In this document: piece by piece, positions 31,978-42,980 of the stretch
How positions within the stretch are numbered: position 1 is the stretch's first letter
Layout: each line of letters begins with the position of its first letter
NCBI RefSeq assembly: GCF_048403405.1
Contig: NZ_CP183129.1
DNA length: 64,000 nucleotides
DNA from: Escherichia coli
GTDB lineage: Bacteria > Pseudomonadota > Gammaproteobacteria > Enterobacterales > Enterobacteriaceae
Strand: one strand, 5' to 3'
The notes under the pieces: model-generated
The model's input: the letters and a program-made list of their open reading frames with translations, nothing else
What the model was told of the DNA's origin: nothing
The model's database searches: none
Position numbers and translations under genes: made by a program

Positions 31978-32292
31978 TTAATTTATTTGTATGCCTGCTC
32001 TTTCTTCATCGAGTTTTTTTAGCTTGTATCGCATAGCCCTTACTGAATAAATTGAGCGGCAGGTTGCAATTGCTATTTCTTCTGCGGAGAACTTACCGAA
32101 AAGTGATACTTCGGCTCTTGTCCATCGTCTTCCACGAAGTCGGCTAACAATGTCAGCGCCAATCCTTGTTGCTTTCGCCATAACTGCTTTTTCAGTCCTT
32201 TCCAGTTTTTCAGCGATAACTTCAACTGGCATTGTCGCCGCCACTTCGCGCAAGAAATCGACTTCCCATTTCTCCCATGGAGTCTTTTTCAT
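31978..32292 (-). CDS. hypothetical phage protein
   Basis: 104-aa ORF in operon. Confidence 0.45.
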   Translation of the reverse strand: MKKTPWEKWEVDFLREVAATMPVEVIAEKLERTEKAVMAKATRIGADIVSRLRGRRWTRAEVSLFGKFSAEEIAIATCRSIYSVRAMRYKLKKLDEERAGIQIN

Positions 32293-32303
32293 AGGCGATA
32301 CCG

Positions 32304-32792
32304 TTATTTGATAAGAAGTGAAGGTTTCCCAACTTTGAGTTGAGCACCGGGGATATTTATTCCTGCTTTTAGTTGGTGTTTGATTGCCAGTTTGTCGGCT
32401 TTAATTGTCGTTTCGAACTCAACGTATTCAGGAGGAAGGGCGCTTGAGTCGATGATTTCTACAGTTTCTGACGGTTTGCGGATTGTTACCTGGTGAATAC
32501 CTGCTCGAATCTTTTTCTTGCCAACCATTTCAAGCGATGACGCTATATACGCCATAATGCTGTCAATCTTATTTTGAATTACTGCGGCTCGCTCATTTAG
32601 TGACTTTGCCTCTTCCTTGAGGCGTTCAGCATAACCAGATTCATTTTTAATAATGGCGAGAAGTTGCTCTATTTTATCGGTAAATTCTCCTTCCATGCCT
32701 TCTATTGTGTCAGCAATCATCTCTGGCTCTAAATCTGAATCCATCAATTTTGCGTATTCATTGGCTATTTCATACAGTTTGCTCACTGGCAA
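32304..32792 (-). CDS. Gp157-like phage protein, often paired with RecT
   Basis: 162-aa acidic helical ORF upstream of RecT. Confidence 0.5.
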   Translation of the reverse strand: MPVSKLYEIANEYAKLMDSDLEPEMIADTIEGMEGEFTDKIEQLLAIIKNESGYAERLKEEAKSLNERAAVIQNKIDSIMAYIASSLEMVGKKKIRAGIHQVTIRKPSETVEIIDSSALPPEYVEFETTIKADKLAIKHQLKAGINIPGAQLKVGKPSLLIK

Positions 32793-33681
32793 CCTCCAGT
32801 TTCGCTTTGCATTCTATGTAAATGGCTTGTACGTTCTGCTGCAATTTCATTCCAGATGTCAGGCGATATGCTTCTGCAAAATATCGCTTCAAATCATCCA
32901 TGTTTTCTGCCTGAGCCATTTCATCGCAAAGAAGTTGTGCTTTATCCATTATTTCCTGCCGGCGTTTCCGTTCATCTTCGCGGATATCTTCCTCTGATTT
33001 GTGCGGCATAACTGGTTCAGTCCATACACCTTCTTCTTCGTTTAGTACGTGAATAGCACTATCAAGACGTGATGCCTTAGGCCAATACTTGCTTGCACGC
33101 TTCACGACCGTCTTTCGCGCCATCTCATTCCAGTGATTTACCCATGGTCCTTTATCGCTGAATGCCGCCTTGCTTGTTTTCCTTACAGCCTCAATTTCAG
33201 CAAGACTCATCTCTTCCGTTAGATAATCACCTGCCGGCGTCTTAACTGTGCAGTAAACGCCAACGATATCACCACGATCACCGAAGGCGTTGTATTTATG
33301 GGTTGGTGCTTTATCAAGCCCGTTTGACTCATAGGTATCGTTAGCATGAACAAGTTTTGCCTGACCCCATGAGATAACACCAGACTCCATTGCAATATGG
33401 AGCAATCCCATATAGCTGATATCAAGGCAAACCATGCCGTCGCGCGGAACCAGATAAGCCAGTTTGCTGGCCGGGTTTAAGGTGATGCCGATCGCCGCAA
33501 CATTGATGATGGCGTTCTGTGCGCTGGTTGGATTTGCCAGTGCTGTTTTAGCCAGGTAATCATTTTTCTGGAAATACTGAATTGCAAACTGGCTTTCCTT
33601 AGCCCATGTCACCGTCTGTTCAGTCAATGCTCCGCAGAATAACTGCTCCTGCTGTTTAACGAATTCAACGATATTGCTCAT
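32770..33681 (-). CDS. recT: RecT-family single-strand annealing recombinase
   Basis: GPWVNHWNEMARKTVVKRASKYWP resembles the RecT signature. Confidence 0.8.
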   Translation of the reverse strand: MSNIVEFVKQQEQLFCGALTEQTVTWAKESQFAIQYFQKNDYLAKTALANPTSAQNAIINVAAIGITLNPASKLAYLVPRDGMVCLDISYMGLLHIAMESGVISWGQAKLVHANDTYESNGLDKAPTHKYNAFGDRGDIVGVYCTVKTPAGDYLTEEMSLAEIEAVRKTSKAAFSDKGPWVNHWNEMARKTVVKRASKYWPKASRLDSAIHVLNEEEGVWTEPVMPHKSEEDIREDERKRRQEIMDKAQLLCDEMAQAENMDDLKRYFAEAYRLTSGMKLQQNVQAIYIECKAKLEVASEQTV

Positions 33682-33989
33682 GCAGCTTCTCCATAAATAT
33701 GTCTGCGTTTGAATATTGCGAAGGCATATTCAGCCTTAACTCTTTCGGTTATTGCATCCCAGAACCATTCAGCGGCTTTTTCCTGATAGTTACAGTCATC
33801 ATCTTCCAGCCAGTCGATAGCGTCCTTAGTGTGTTCATCTGGTTTATATGAGCGAAGCATTTCGCTTATTGGGTCGCAACGTTTGCAGAGGCGATCAACT
33901 TCACTGTTGATTCGTTCGTAATCTTCATCAGTAAAACTTGCGATTATTTGCGATATTTCACGCTTATCATTCAGAGTCAGAATCATCAT
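33678..33989 (-). CDS. hypothetical early protein
   Basis: 103-aa ORF overlapping the recT start. Confidence 0.45.
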   Translation of the reverse strand: MMILTLNDKREISQIIASFTDEDYERINSEVDRLCKRCDPISEMLRSYKPDEHTKDAIDWLEDDDCNYQEKAAEWFWDAITERVKAEYAFAIFKRRHIYGEAA

Positions 33990-34070
33990 CTTTCTCCTGT
34001 TCTTTGTGCTGATTGAGCATTTTGTTCATCTGACGAATGAATTCTTCGTCTGACCAGTTATCTGTAAAAC

Positions 34071-34241
34071 TCATGGACGGCCTTGTTGTTTCAAAATATC
34101 CCAAAGCTTTTCGAGCAAACTTTTCATTCTTGGTTGTTTAAAGTCTGCTCCGGTTAAAATGTTTTTTCGTGAATGCTGCACCGATAAAATTGGGTTGAAA
34201 GGGCGAACCGATGCCGCCCCTGCAATAGCGAACTGTTGCAT
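34071..34241 (-). CDS. cIII: CIII-like protease-inhibitor peptide
   Basis: 56-aa ORF MQQFAIAG... with AGGAG RBS; resembles lambda CIII. Confidence 0.5.
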   Translation of the reverse strand: MQQFAIAGAASVRPFNPILSVQHSRKNILTGADFKQPRMKSLLEKLWDILKQQGRP

Positions 34242-34316
34242 AGGATGCTCCTTCTGTTTGATTGCATAACGAAAACGCCTCGAGTGAAGCGTTATTGGTA
34301 TGCGGTAAAGCCGCGC

Positions 34317-34685
34317 TCAGGCGGCTTTGATAGTCATATCATCTGAATCAAATATTCCTGATGTATCGATATCGGTAATTCTTATTCCTTCACTACCATC
34401 CATTGGAGGCCATCCTTCCTGACCATTTCCATCATTCCAGTCGAACTCACACACAACACCATATGCATTTAAGTCGCTTGAAATTGCTATAAGCAGAGCA
34501 TGTTGCGCCAGCATGATTAATACAGCATTTAATACAGAGCCGTGTTTATTGAGTCGGTATTCAGAGTCTGACCAGAAATTATTAATCTGGTGAAGTTTTT
34601 CCTCTGTCATTACGTCATGGTCGATTTCAATTTCTATTGATGCTTTCCAGTCGTAATCAATGATGTATTTTTTGATGTTTGACAT
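34317..34685 (-). CDS. ea10: Ea10-like early protein
   Basis: 122-aa ORF in the lambda ea10 position; recalled similarity. Confidence 0.55.
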   Translation of the reverse strand: MSNIKKYIIDYDWKASIEIEIDHDVMTEEKLHQINNFWSDSEYRLNKHGSVLNAVLIMLAQHALLIAISSDLNAYGVVCEFDWNDGNGQEGWPPMDGSEGIRITDIDTSGIFDSDDMTIKAA

Positions 34686-34867
34686 CTATTCATATCCTCA
34701 TAGATAAAAAATTGCCCTCACATTGGAGGGCAAAGAAGATTTCCAATAATCAGAACAAGTCGGATCCTGTTTAGTTACGAGCGACATTGCTCCGTGTATT
34801 CACTCGTTGGAATGAATACACAGTGCAGTGTTTATTCTGTTGTTTATGCCAAAAATAAAGGCCACCA

Positions 34868-35068
34868 TCAGGCAGCCTTGTTGTTCAGTTTACCAAGTTC
34901 TCTGGCAATCATTGCCGTCGTTCGTATTGCCCATTTATCGACATATTTCCCATCTTCCATTACAGGAAACATTTCTTCAGGCTTAACCATGCATTCCGAT
35001 TGCAGCTTGCATCCATTGCATCGCTTGAATTGTCCACACCATTGATTTTTATCAATAGTCGTAGTCAT
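34868..35068 (-). CDS. ral: restriction-alleviation protein Ral
   Basis: 66-aa ORF MTTTIDKNQWCGQFKRCNGCK..., recalled lambda Ral. Confidence 0.7.
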   Translation of the reverse strand: MTTTIDKNQWCGQFKRCNGCKLQSECMVKPEEMFPVMEDGKYVDKWAIRTTAMIARELGKLNNKAA

Positions 35069-35146
35069 ACGGATAGTCCTGGTATTGTTCCATCACATCC
35101 TGCGGATGCTCTTCGAACTCTTCAAATTCTTCTTCCATATATCACC

Positions 35147-35473
35147 TCAAATAAGTGGTTTGCTGCCTAATTTCATTTTCTGGCTACCAACACAAGTCAC
35201 ACCCATTTCACTACGTGGCTTGCTGTACCATGTGCGCTGATTCTTGCGATCAATACGTTGCAGGTTGCTTTCAATCTGTTCGTGGTATTCAGCCAGCACT
35301 GTAAGGTCTATAGGATTCAGTGCGCTTTCTACTCGTGATTTCGGTTTGCGATTCAGCGAGAGAATAGGGCGGTTAACTGGTTTTGCGCTTACCCCAACCA
35401 ACAGGGGATTTGCTGCTTTCCATTTAGCCTGTTTCTCTGCGCGACGTTCGCGGCGGCGTGTTTGTGCATCCAT
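35147..35473 (-). CDS. N: antitermination protein N
   Basis: MDAQTRRRERRAEKQA... Arg-rich motif; matches lambda N. Confidence 0.9.
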   Translation of the reverse strand: MDAQTRRRERRAEKQAKWKAANPLLVGVSAKPVNRPILSLNRKPKSRVESALNPIDLTVLAEYHEQIESNLQRIDRKNQRTWYSKPRSEMGVTCVGSQKMKLGSKPLI

Positions 35474-35671
35474 CTGGATTCTCCTGTCAGTTAGCTTTGG
35501 TGATTGGATGGCCGGCGCTGAACCCCGGCTTACTGGTTAGAGCGCCCGCACTACCAGTGACGCTGTCTTGAGGCGCAGATTGGTTACTGCTTGCCATGAG
35601 CGCTGTTTATACATTGGTCGAGCATCAGCCTGCTCATTCATCCAATCCCAAAGCCTTCTGCTTTGAATGCT

Positions 35672-35701
35672 GCCCTTCTTCAGGGCTTAATTTTTAAGAG
35701 C
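35672..35701 (-). promoter_or_regulatory. nutL (boxA + boxB)
   Basis: minus strand CGCTCTTAAAAATTAA and GCCCTGAAGAAGGGC. Confidence 0.85.
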
Positions 35702-35741
35702 CTCACCTTCATGGTGGTCAGTGCGTCCTGCTGATGTGCTT

Positions 35742-35804
35742 AGTATCACCGCCAGTGGTATTTATGTCAACACCGCCAGAGATAATTTATCACCGTAGAT
35801 GGTT
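35742..35804 (-). promoter_or_regulatory. pL promoter with OL1-OL3 operators
   Basis: TATCACCGCCAGTGGTA, CAACACCGCCAGAGATA, TATCACCGTAGATGGTT; minus strand TTGACA..GATACT. Confidence 0.85.
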
Positions 35805-35960
35805 ATTTGTATGTTTTTTATATAGATTTATTTTTTGCAGGGTTGTGTGGATTGGGAAGGTGATCGAGAGATCTGAATTGCGATGTTTAGTGAGTTGTAT
35901 CTATTAATTTTGAAATAAATACAATTGGTTATGCGTTTTTTGGGGGGGCGTTAGGCAAAG

Positions 35961-35984
35961 AAAACCCGGCGCTGAGGCCGGGTT
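35961..35984 (-). terminator. terminator of the cI-side leftward transcript
   Basis: CCCGGC/GCCGGG stem followed on the minus strand by TTTTCTTTG. Confidence 0.5.
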
Positions 35985-35993
35985 ATGTAGGCA

Positions 35994-36095
35994 TTATGCG
36001 GCTTTTTTGGTGTGTGCTGACGAGCGAGCCAGAATCTCGTTGATGAGAGATCTCAGGGTCATTGCATCTTTGTGCAGAGTGGACATGGTTTTCAT
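35994..36095 (-). CDS. small ORF (33 aa) between the rex-position gene and pL
   Basis: MKTMSTLHKDAMTLRSLINEILARSSAHTKKAA with GAGG RBS; not in the ORF track (too short). Confidence 0.35.
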   Translation of the reverse strand: MKTMSTLHKDAMTLRSLINEILARSSAHTKKAA

Positions 36096-36164
36096 TGCGT
36101 TTCCTCGGTTTATTTTATGGTACTAGCCTAGTTCAAATAGACTATATGAAATCTTGATTTACTA

Positions 36165-36545
36165 TTAAGGCCATTGGGTTGGTGGAAGATCGTGGGTTTT
36201 TATCTGCGTATTTGCTTCCACACATTTATCATAGTCTAATTTCTCTACAGCAAGCAATAGTGATTCAGCATACATCAATCCTTGTTTGATGTTCATAACA
36301 TTTATGCTTGCACTTGCGGCATCCATATCCTTTGCTGTCTCTACCATGTGCTCAAAGCTTTGAGCAATAGAGTCAACACCGTTTTTCATCCTTGTAAACA
36401 CTAATTTTAGCTCATCAAGGCTTGGATTCGTTAGATCATACATCCCATGCATTCCATGGGCTTCGAATAACTCTGACAACGATCTAAGGGCGAAGTTCAC
36501 AGAATCAATAACTTGGTCGTACTTTTTCTTATCAAGATCATTCAT
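36165..36545 (-). CDS. unknown 126-aa protein in the rexA/rexB position after cI
   Basis: 66 bp downstream of cI on the same strand; no recognisable motifs. Confidence 0.6.
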   Translation of the reverse strand: MNDLDKKKYDQVIDSVNFALRSLSELFEAHGMHGMYDLTNPSLDELKLVFTRMKNGVDSIAQSFEHMVETAKDMDAASASINVMNIKQGLMYAESLLLAVEKLDYDKCVEANTQIKTHDLPPTQWP

Positions 36546-36611
36546 TAAAAATATAACCTTTTAACTAATTGATATTGCTGCATTTATATCAATATATGCA
36601 TTTCACATATA

Positions 36612-37328
<717 letters not shown>

Positions 37329-37335
37329 TTAAATC

Positions 37336-37401
37336 TATCACCGCGAGGGATAAATATCTAACACCGTGCGTGTTGACTATTTTACCTCTAGCGGTGATAA
37401 T
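37336..37401. promoter_or_regulatory. OR1-OR3 operators with pR and pRM
   Basis: TATCACCGCGAGGGATA, TAACACCGTGCGTGTTG, TACCTCTAGCGGTGATA; pR TTGACT..GATAAT. Confidence 0.85.
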
Positions 37402-37416
37402 AGTTGCATGTACTAA

Positions 37417-37626
<210 letters not shown>

Positions 37627-37633
37627 ATAACCC

Positions 37634-37665
37634 CGCTCTTACACATTCCAGCCCTGAAAAAGGGC
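37634..37665 (+). promoter_or_regulatory. nutR (boxA + boxB)
   Basis: CGCTCTTA ... GCCCTGAAAAAGGGC. Confidence 0.85.
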
Positions 37666-37741
37666 ATTACCAGAAACAAATCTCTATGGTTTTGCGTTTC
37701 TTTGCGAAGCCAACTCTATCTAATCATTAAGGAAATTATCT

Positions 37742-38023
37742 ATGGGTACTATTGCAACTAAAAGCAAGAAAGCGGCTCGCATCGAGTCAGCCTTGCTGAA
37801 CAAACTGGCACTGATGGGGCAGAAGACATTCGCTCGAGCAATGGGGGTTCCTGAATATCAGGTAAGCAGATGGAAGAATGGTTTCTTCTCGCAGGTAAGC
37901 ATGATGCTGGCTGTTCTGGAATATGGAATCGAAGACGATGAAATGGCTGAATTGACTAAGCGGCTTGCCAATTACCTGACAAAAGAAAAAGCCCCGAAGA
38001 ACGGCGAATTCTTCGAGGCCTGA
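37742..38023 (+). CDS. cII: CII-like transcriptional activator
   Basis: 93 aa; [18 protein letters not shown] resembles lambda CII but divergent. Confidence 0.7.
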   Translation: MGTIATKSKKAARIESALLNKLALMGQKTFARAMGVPEYQVSRWKNGFFSQVSMMLAVLEYGIEDDEMAELTKRLANYLTKEKAPKNGEFFEA

Positions 38024-38057
38024 TGTAGAAAGACTGGATCAATCCACAGGAGTAATT

Positions 38058-38204
38058 ATGACAAAACAACTCAGTCCTTACCAGGACAAAATTCACAAAC
38101 ACATACTACGTGATCGCTTCCTGTCCAGCTTCAAGCAGCCTGGTCGATTCCTGGCTGAGTTGGAAAAAGTGAAGCTGATGCAGAAGGAGAAAGGTCATGA
38201 GTAA
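38058..38204 (+). CDS. small ORF (48 aa) overlapping the replication-gene start
   Basis: [29 protein letters not shown]... Confidence 0.3.
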   Translation: MTKQLSPYQDKIHKHILRDRFLSSFKQPGRFLAELEKVKLMQKEKGHE

Positions 38205-39057
38205 TCTTGCAACCGTAACACATTTAAGGCCTTCACAACGGCCTGTGGAGCGTCGTGTGGCAGAAGTTGAAGATGGTTATACCCGTCTTGCAAATGCCCT
38301 GTATGAAGAGCTTATCGGCGCAGATTTAACGAAAAATCAGAGCAAGGTTGCCCACGCCATATGCCGTAAAACATACGGCTACGGTAAAAAGATGGATCGC
38401 ATTTCTGATAGTCAGTTAGCTCAAATTACCAGGCTGCCAAGACAGAAGGTAAACAAGGCCAAGAATGAGCTTATCGCGATGAAGGTTATCCTTCGCGAAG
38501 GCCAGCAAATCGGGCCTAACAAGAACATCGAAGAATGGCAAATCGAAGGGTGTCACTACTCTGGTGATAATGTCACTGCATTGGTGACAAAAAGTGTCAC
38601 CAAAACGGTGACAGCGCTGTCACCAAAACAGGGACACACAAAAGAAACTATTACAAAAGAAAAAAGAAATAATAAAAACACTATGTCCGAAAGTGTTCGG
38701 ACGGAGTGTGAAAAATCATCTGACCGTCACGAAGAAACCGACAAGGCATTCGAGGAAATATTCTGGTGTGCAGGCATGCGGAAAGCCGGGAAGAAAAACG
38801 CGGCTTCGGCATTCAGAACACAGTTCAGGGAATGGCGTAAAACTACCAGGGGTACGGCAAGCGAGTTTGCCACGATGCTGGCAGAAGACATCGCATGCAG
38901 GAATGGTAAGCAGTTCGGATTCGACAGGTTGTTACCATCGAGCTACCTGAACGGTCAACGCTGGAACGACGAGAAGCCAGAAACTATTCAACCACAATCC
39001 AAACCATCATCCGCAATCACCGTATCGAAAACTGGCTACGTGTTTTTCGACAGGTGA
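38197..39057 (+). CDS. replication initiator, lambda O-like N-terminal domain with different C-terminus
   Basis: [49 protein letters not shown] resembles lambda O. Confidence 0.7.
   Translation: MSNLATVTHLRPSQRPVERRVAEVEDGYTRLANALYEELIGADLTKNQSKVAHAICRKTYGYGKKMDRISDSQLAQITRLPRQKVNKAKNELIAMKVILREGQQIGPNKNIEEWQIEGCHYSGDNVTALVTKSVTKTVTALSPKQGHTKETITKEKRNNKNTMSESVRTECEKSSDRHEETDKAFEEIFWCAGMRKAGKKNAASAFRTQFREWRKTTRGTASEFATMLAEDIACRNGKQFGFDRLLPSSYLNGQRWNDEKPETIQPQSKPSSAITVSKTGYVFFDR
38548..38628. repeat. candidate origin iterons inside the initiator gene
   Basis: six alternating GTGACA/TGTCAC-containing repeats followed by an A-rich tract. Confidence 0.55.
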
Positions 39058-39164
39058 ACCATGAAATCAAAAATCAAATCGCTACTGGTCGCTGGTTATA
39101 ACCACGGCTGGTTAAGTATTTCGTTTGTCGATTTCTGGTTTAAAAATCTCAATCTGAGGGAATC

Positions 39165-41045
39165 ATGACACCAAGTGAACTTAGCGACCTGCTTTGGGCG
39201 CAGGTTGACAGGGTGGCTCCGCACCTGTTGCCAAACGGCAAGAAAGAGGGGCATGAGTGGGTTGCCGGTAACGTCAACGGTGACAAGGGAAACAGCCTTA
39301 AGGTCAACCTTAGCGGCAAGAAAAAATGGGCTGATTTCGCTGAGGGAGACGGCGGTGACATGCTTGATTTGTGGATGGCATGTCGTGGAATTAACCTGCA
39401 TCAGGCTATGCAGGAAGCGAAAGCCTTTCTCGGAATCAAGGATGACGATCACCATTTCGATGCCAAACGTGAGAAGAAATTCTCCAGACCTGATCGCAAG
39501 AAAATCGCCCGCTACGTTACCAGAACAGAATCCCATCTTGAGTACCTGCAATCGCGTGGCATATCGCCAGAAATCGTAAAGCGCTACGAGGTTGTCAGCG
39601 GCAAGGTGTGGAATGGAGAGCTGGAACTGGATGCTCTGGTGATTCCGTACAAACGCGATGGTGAGTTGTTGCAGGTCAAGCGAATCAGCACTGAGCGCCC
39701 GGACGGGAAGAAAGTCATTATGGCAGAAGGTGATTGCGAACCTTGTCTGTTCGGATGGCAGGCTCTGGACGCTGGCGTGAGGGCGGTTGTACTTTGCGAA
39801 GGCGAAATTGATTGTATGAGCTATGCGCAATACGGCATCTCGGCGTTATCCGTGCCGTTTGGTGGCGGGAAAGGCGCTAAACAGCAGTGGATTGAGTTTG
39901 AGTATCACAACCTCGACAGGTTTGAGGAAATATTCATCTCGATGGACGTTGATGATGTTGGTCGTGAAGCCGCAAGGGAAATCGCAAGCCGACTCGGTGA
40001 ACATCGTTGCCGTCTTGTTACTCTGCCGTACAAAGACATCAACGAATGCCTGATGAACGGTGTTACCGAGGATGAAATCTGGCAGTACATCGGCACGGCA
40101 TCCTACTTCGACCCTGAAGAACTCTACAGCGCGCGAGAGTTTTACCAGGACACTATCAACGCTTTCTACGGCAAGCAGCAGTATCTGTTTAATCCACCGT
40201 GGGAATCTCTGGTAGATAAATTCCAGTTCCGTGAGGCCGAGTTGACGCTGGTCAATGGTGTGAACGGTCACGGAAAAACGGAGGTTGTCGGGCATATGGC
40301 TCTTGAGGCAATGCGTCAGGGTGTGAAGACGTGCATCGCGTCACTTGAGCTGAAGCCTGGTATTCTCCTTAAGCGCCTTACCCGTCAGGCGACGTGCTGC
40401 AAGATGCCGCCAGTGCTGGAAATTGACTCTGCATTTAAATTTTATGACGAAAGACTTTGGGTGTTTGGCCTGACCGGAACGGCGAAAGCCGACAGGCTGA
40501 TCGAAATATTCGACTACGCTCGCCGCCGATACGGGATCCAGTTATTCATCATCGACAGCCTGATGAAATGTGGCATAGGCGACGATGACTATAACGGGCA
40601 GAAGGCGTTTGTTGACTCGATTTGCGACTTCAAAAACAAAACAAACTCCCACGTCATTCTCGTTACTCACTCGCGAAAAGGAGACAGCGAAGAAAAACCA
40701 ACCGGGAAAATGGACGTAAAAGGCTCTGGAGCGATAACAGACCTGACAGACAACCTTTTCATCATCTGGCGTAACAAGGCTCGCGAGAGAGCGTTACAGA
40801 GAGTTCAGAGTGGTGAAAAGATGTCAGAGAAGGACGAACAGCTACTGGCATCTCCGGCATCTGTTTTGATGCTTGAAAAACAACGTAACGGCGAAGGTTG
40901 GGAAGGTGGTGTCCCGTTGTTCCTTGACGAGCAATCGCACCAGTTCCTGCAACTTGAATCAGGATCGCCATATAGCTACATCGCCAATATGCCGAAATCG
41001 GAATATGACGAGGCGTGGAGACAGGAAAACGTGACGGAGTATTAA
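39165..41045 (+). CDS. bifunctional primase-helicase (toprim + DnaB-like ATPase)
   Basis: 626 aa; Walker-A-like GVNGHGKT and helicase-like C-terminal half. Confidence 0.7.
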   Translation: MTPSELSDLLWAQVDRVAPHLLPNGKKEGHEWVAGNVNGDKGNSLKVNLSGKKKWADFAEGDGGDMLDLWMACRGINLHQAMQEAKAFLGIKDDDHHFDAKREKKFSRPDRKKIARYVTRTESHLEYLQSRGISPEIVKRYEVVSGKVWNGELELDALVIPYKRDGELLQVKRISTERPDGKKVIMAEGDCEPCLFGWQALDAGVRAVVLCEGEIDCMSYAQYGISALSVPFGGGKGAKQQWIEFEYHNLDRFEEIFISMDVDDVGREAAREIASRLGEHRCRLVTLPYKDINECLMNGVTEDEIWQYIGTASYFDPEELYSAREFYQDTINAFYGKQQYLFNPPWESLVDKFQFREAELTLVNGVNGHGKTEVVGHMALEAMRQGVKTCIASLELKPGILLKRLTRQATCCKMPPVLEIDSAFKFYDERLWVFGLTGTAKADRLIEIFDYARRRYGIQLFIIDSLMKCGIGDDDYNGQKAFVDSICDFKNKTNSHVILVTHSRKGDSEEKPTGKMDVKGSGAITDLTDNLFIIWRNKARERALQRVQSGEKMSEKDEQLLASPASVLMLEKQRNGEGWEGGVPLFLDEQSHQFLQLESGSPYSYIANMPKSEYDEAWRQENVTEY

Positions 41046-41121
41046 ATGACCATCTACATCACTGAGCTGATAGCAGGCCTGCTGGTAATCGCAGGCCTTT
41101 TTATTTGGGGGAGGGTAAATC

Positions 41122-41328
41122 GTGGCTGAGTTTATGCTCGTCGCACTCAAATGCGTTGGCGTTGGATGGATTCTTCTGACGTTTTTTATTGTTCTGCATA
41201 GCTACATTCGCCTTGTGAATGACGGTAAAGATCCATGGTATACGTTGTTTGGCGCTGCATTTGTCTGGGTGATTATCGGTGTTATGCCTGTCGCTGTAGC
41301 AAAAATGGCGTGGCGTTTTGTGAGTTGA
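41122..41328 (+). CDS. small membrane protein
   Basis: 68 aa with two hydrophobic helices. Confidence 0.4.
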   Translation: MAEFMLVALKCVGVGWILLTFFIVLHSYIRLVNDGKDPWYTLFGAAFVWVIIGVMPVAVAKMAWRFVS

Positions 41329-41345
41329 ACTGAGGGTAATTATCG

Positions 41346-41666
41346 ATGGACGAATCAAGAAAGCAGTTTGAAGAAAGTTGGTTGCGACGTGGAGGCGAAT
41401 CTTCAGACCTTATCCGTTACCCTGAAAATCACCATGAAATTGGCAGTGGTGATATTGGTGGTCAATACGTGATGGACGATGTTCAAGGCCACTGGCAAAC
41501 GTGGCAGGCATCGCGAGCAGCTATTGAAATAACCGCGCCAAAGTTTATCGACAGCAGAGAAGCATTAGCCAAAGGGTTTACTGTTGATTATTCCAATGGC
41601 TTCGGTGATGCAATGGATGCTTATGAGGAAAACATCCGCGCTGCTGGAATCAAAGTGAAGGAGTGA
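41346..41666 (+). CDS. hypothetical phage protein
   Basis: 106-aa ORF. Confidence 0.4.
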   Translation: MDESRKQFEESWLRRGGESSDLIRYPENHHEIGSGDIGGQYVMDDVQGHWQTWQASRAAIEITAPKFIDSREALAKGFTVDYSNGFGDAMDAYEENIRAAGIKVKE

Positions 41667-41854
41667 GCATGAGTCGACGAAGTAGCTTTTTGGGGTTTGT
41701 AATATTCCTGTCCTGCACTGGTTACATCGTAATCTGGTCAATTTCGAACATTGACCGTGGCTGGGAATATCTCATTGTAATGTTCTTTCCTTTGTTTCTT
41801 GGGTGGTACGCCGCAAGGTTGCTGGAAGAATGGGGTTACAGGCATAAAAAATAA
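41663..41854 (+). CDS. small membrane protein
   Basis: 63 aa, two TM helices, overlapping start. Confidence 0.4.
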   Translation: MSMSRRSSFLGFVIFLSCTGYIVIWSISNIDRGWEYLIVMFFPLFLGWYAARLLEEWGYRHKK

Positions 41855-41865
41855 AGGAGTATTCA

Positions 41866-42276
41866 GTGAAGCAAACAATCTTCCTCCGAACTAAGCAACA
41901 ACAGCAAGCCGCAATAAATGCCATCCTCGCAACACCACTCGATAAAGACAAGCCAGTCACCATCCGCATTACTGACTACAAGCGCAACCTTGACCAGAAC
42001 GCAAAATTTCACGTGATGCTGGCGGATATCGCTCGTCAGGTTCAATGGTGCGGCAAATGGTTAAAACCGGAACAATGGAAGGTTTTGTTGATTAGCGGTC
42101 ATGCAGTGGCAACAAACCTGGAAGCTGATGTTTTGCCCGGGCTTGAAGGCGAATACGTCAACATTCGCGAAAGCAGCGCGCAGATGAGTGTGAAGCGCAT
42201 GGCAAGTCTGATCGAGTACACAACAGCCTGGGCTATTGGTCAGGGTGTCAGATTTACCGACAGGAGGTACGAATGA
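41866..42276 (+). CDS. ninB: NinB-like recombination protein
   Basis: 136 aa; [26 protein letters not shown] resembles lambda NinB. Confidence 0.75.
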   Translation: MKQTIFLRTKQQQQAAINAILATPLDKDKPVTIRITDYKRNLDQNAKFHVMLADIARQVQWCGKWLKPEQWKVLLISGHAVATNLEADVLPGLEGEYVNIRESSAQMSVKRMASLIEYTTAWAIGQGVRFTDRRYE

Positions 42277-42449
42277 GACGACAGCGACGAAGTTTCACCG
42301 ACATCATCTGCGAAAACTGCAAATACCTTCCAACGAAACGCTCCAGAAATAAACGCAAGCCAATCCCAAAAGAATCTGACGTAAAAACCTTCAACTACAC
42401 GGCTCACCTGTGGGATATCCGGTGGCTAAGACATCGTGCGAGGAAATGA
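42273..42449 (+). CDS. ninE: NinE-like protein
   Basis: 58-aa [33 protein letters not shown]. Confidence 0.6.
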   Translation: MRRQRRSFTDIICENCKYLPTKRSRNKRKPIPKESDVKTFNYTAHLWDIRWLRHRARK

Positions 42450-42811
42450 CAATGGATTATTCACAGTTAAGTGATTTTGAAATTAACAAGCGAGTGGCAA
42501 TTTGCTGTGGATTTGCTCCCGAAGATTGCGAAATAGCAAAGTTGGGAACATCAATCGTTGGTGTTGAGTGGGATGACGAAACTGGTTATGCAATAAAAAC
42601 GGTTGATTACTGTAAAAGCCCATCAGACGCAGAGCCGATTATCGTAGAGAACAGAATTGGCATTATTCCAGCGCCAGAAAATGGATTATGGAAGGCAGCG
42701 CATAGAAAAGTTGGCAGTGATAGTACCCCATATCATATGACTCAAGATGAAAACCCACTCCGCGCTGCCATGATTGTCTTTCTCATGATGCAGGACGCCA
42801 ATAATGCTTAG
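42446..42811 (+). CDS. hypothetical nin-region protein
   Basis: start taken at ATG overlapping the ninE stop (ATGA). Confidence 0.45.
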   Translation: MTMDYSQLSDFEINKRVAICCGFAPEDCEIAKLGTSIVGVEWDDETGYAIKTVDYCKSPSDAEPIIVENRIGIIPAPENGLWKAAHRKVGSDSTPYHMTQDENPLRAAMIVFLMMQDANNA

Positions 42812-42980
42812 CCCATCCCAATCCCTCCAATACCAGAAAGAAAGCGTCGAGCGGGCTTTAACGTGCGCTAACTGCGGTCAGAAGCTACATGTGCTGGAAG
42901 TTCACGTGTGTGAGCACTGCTGCGCAGAACTGATGAGCGATCCGAATAGCTCAATGTACGAGGAAGAAGACGATGAGTGA
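42804..42980 (+). CDS. ninF: NinF-like protein
   Basis: 58-aa Cys-rich [32 protein letters not shown]. Confidence 0.6.
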   Translation: MLSPSQSLQYQKESVERALTCANCGQKLHVLEVHVCEHCCAELMSDPNSSMYEEEDDE

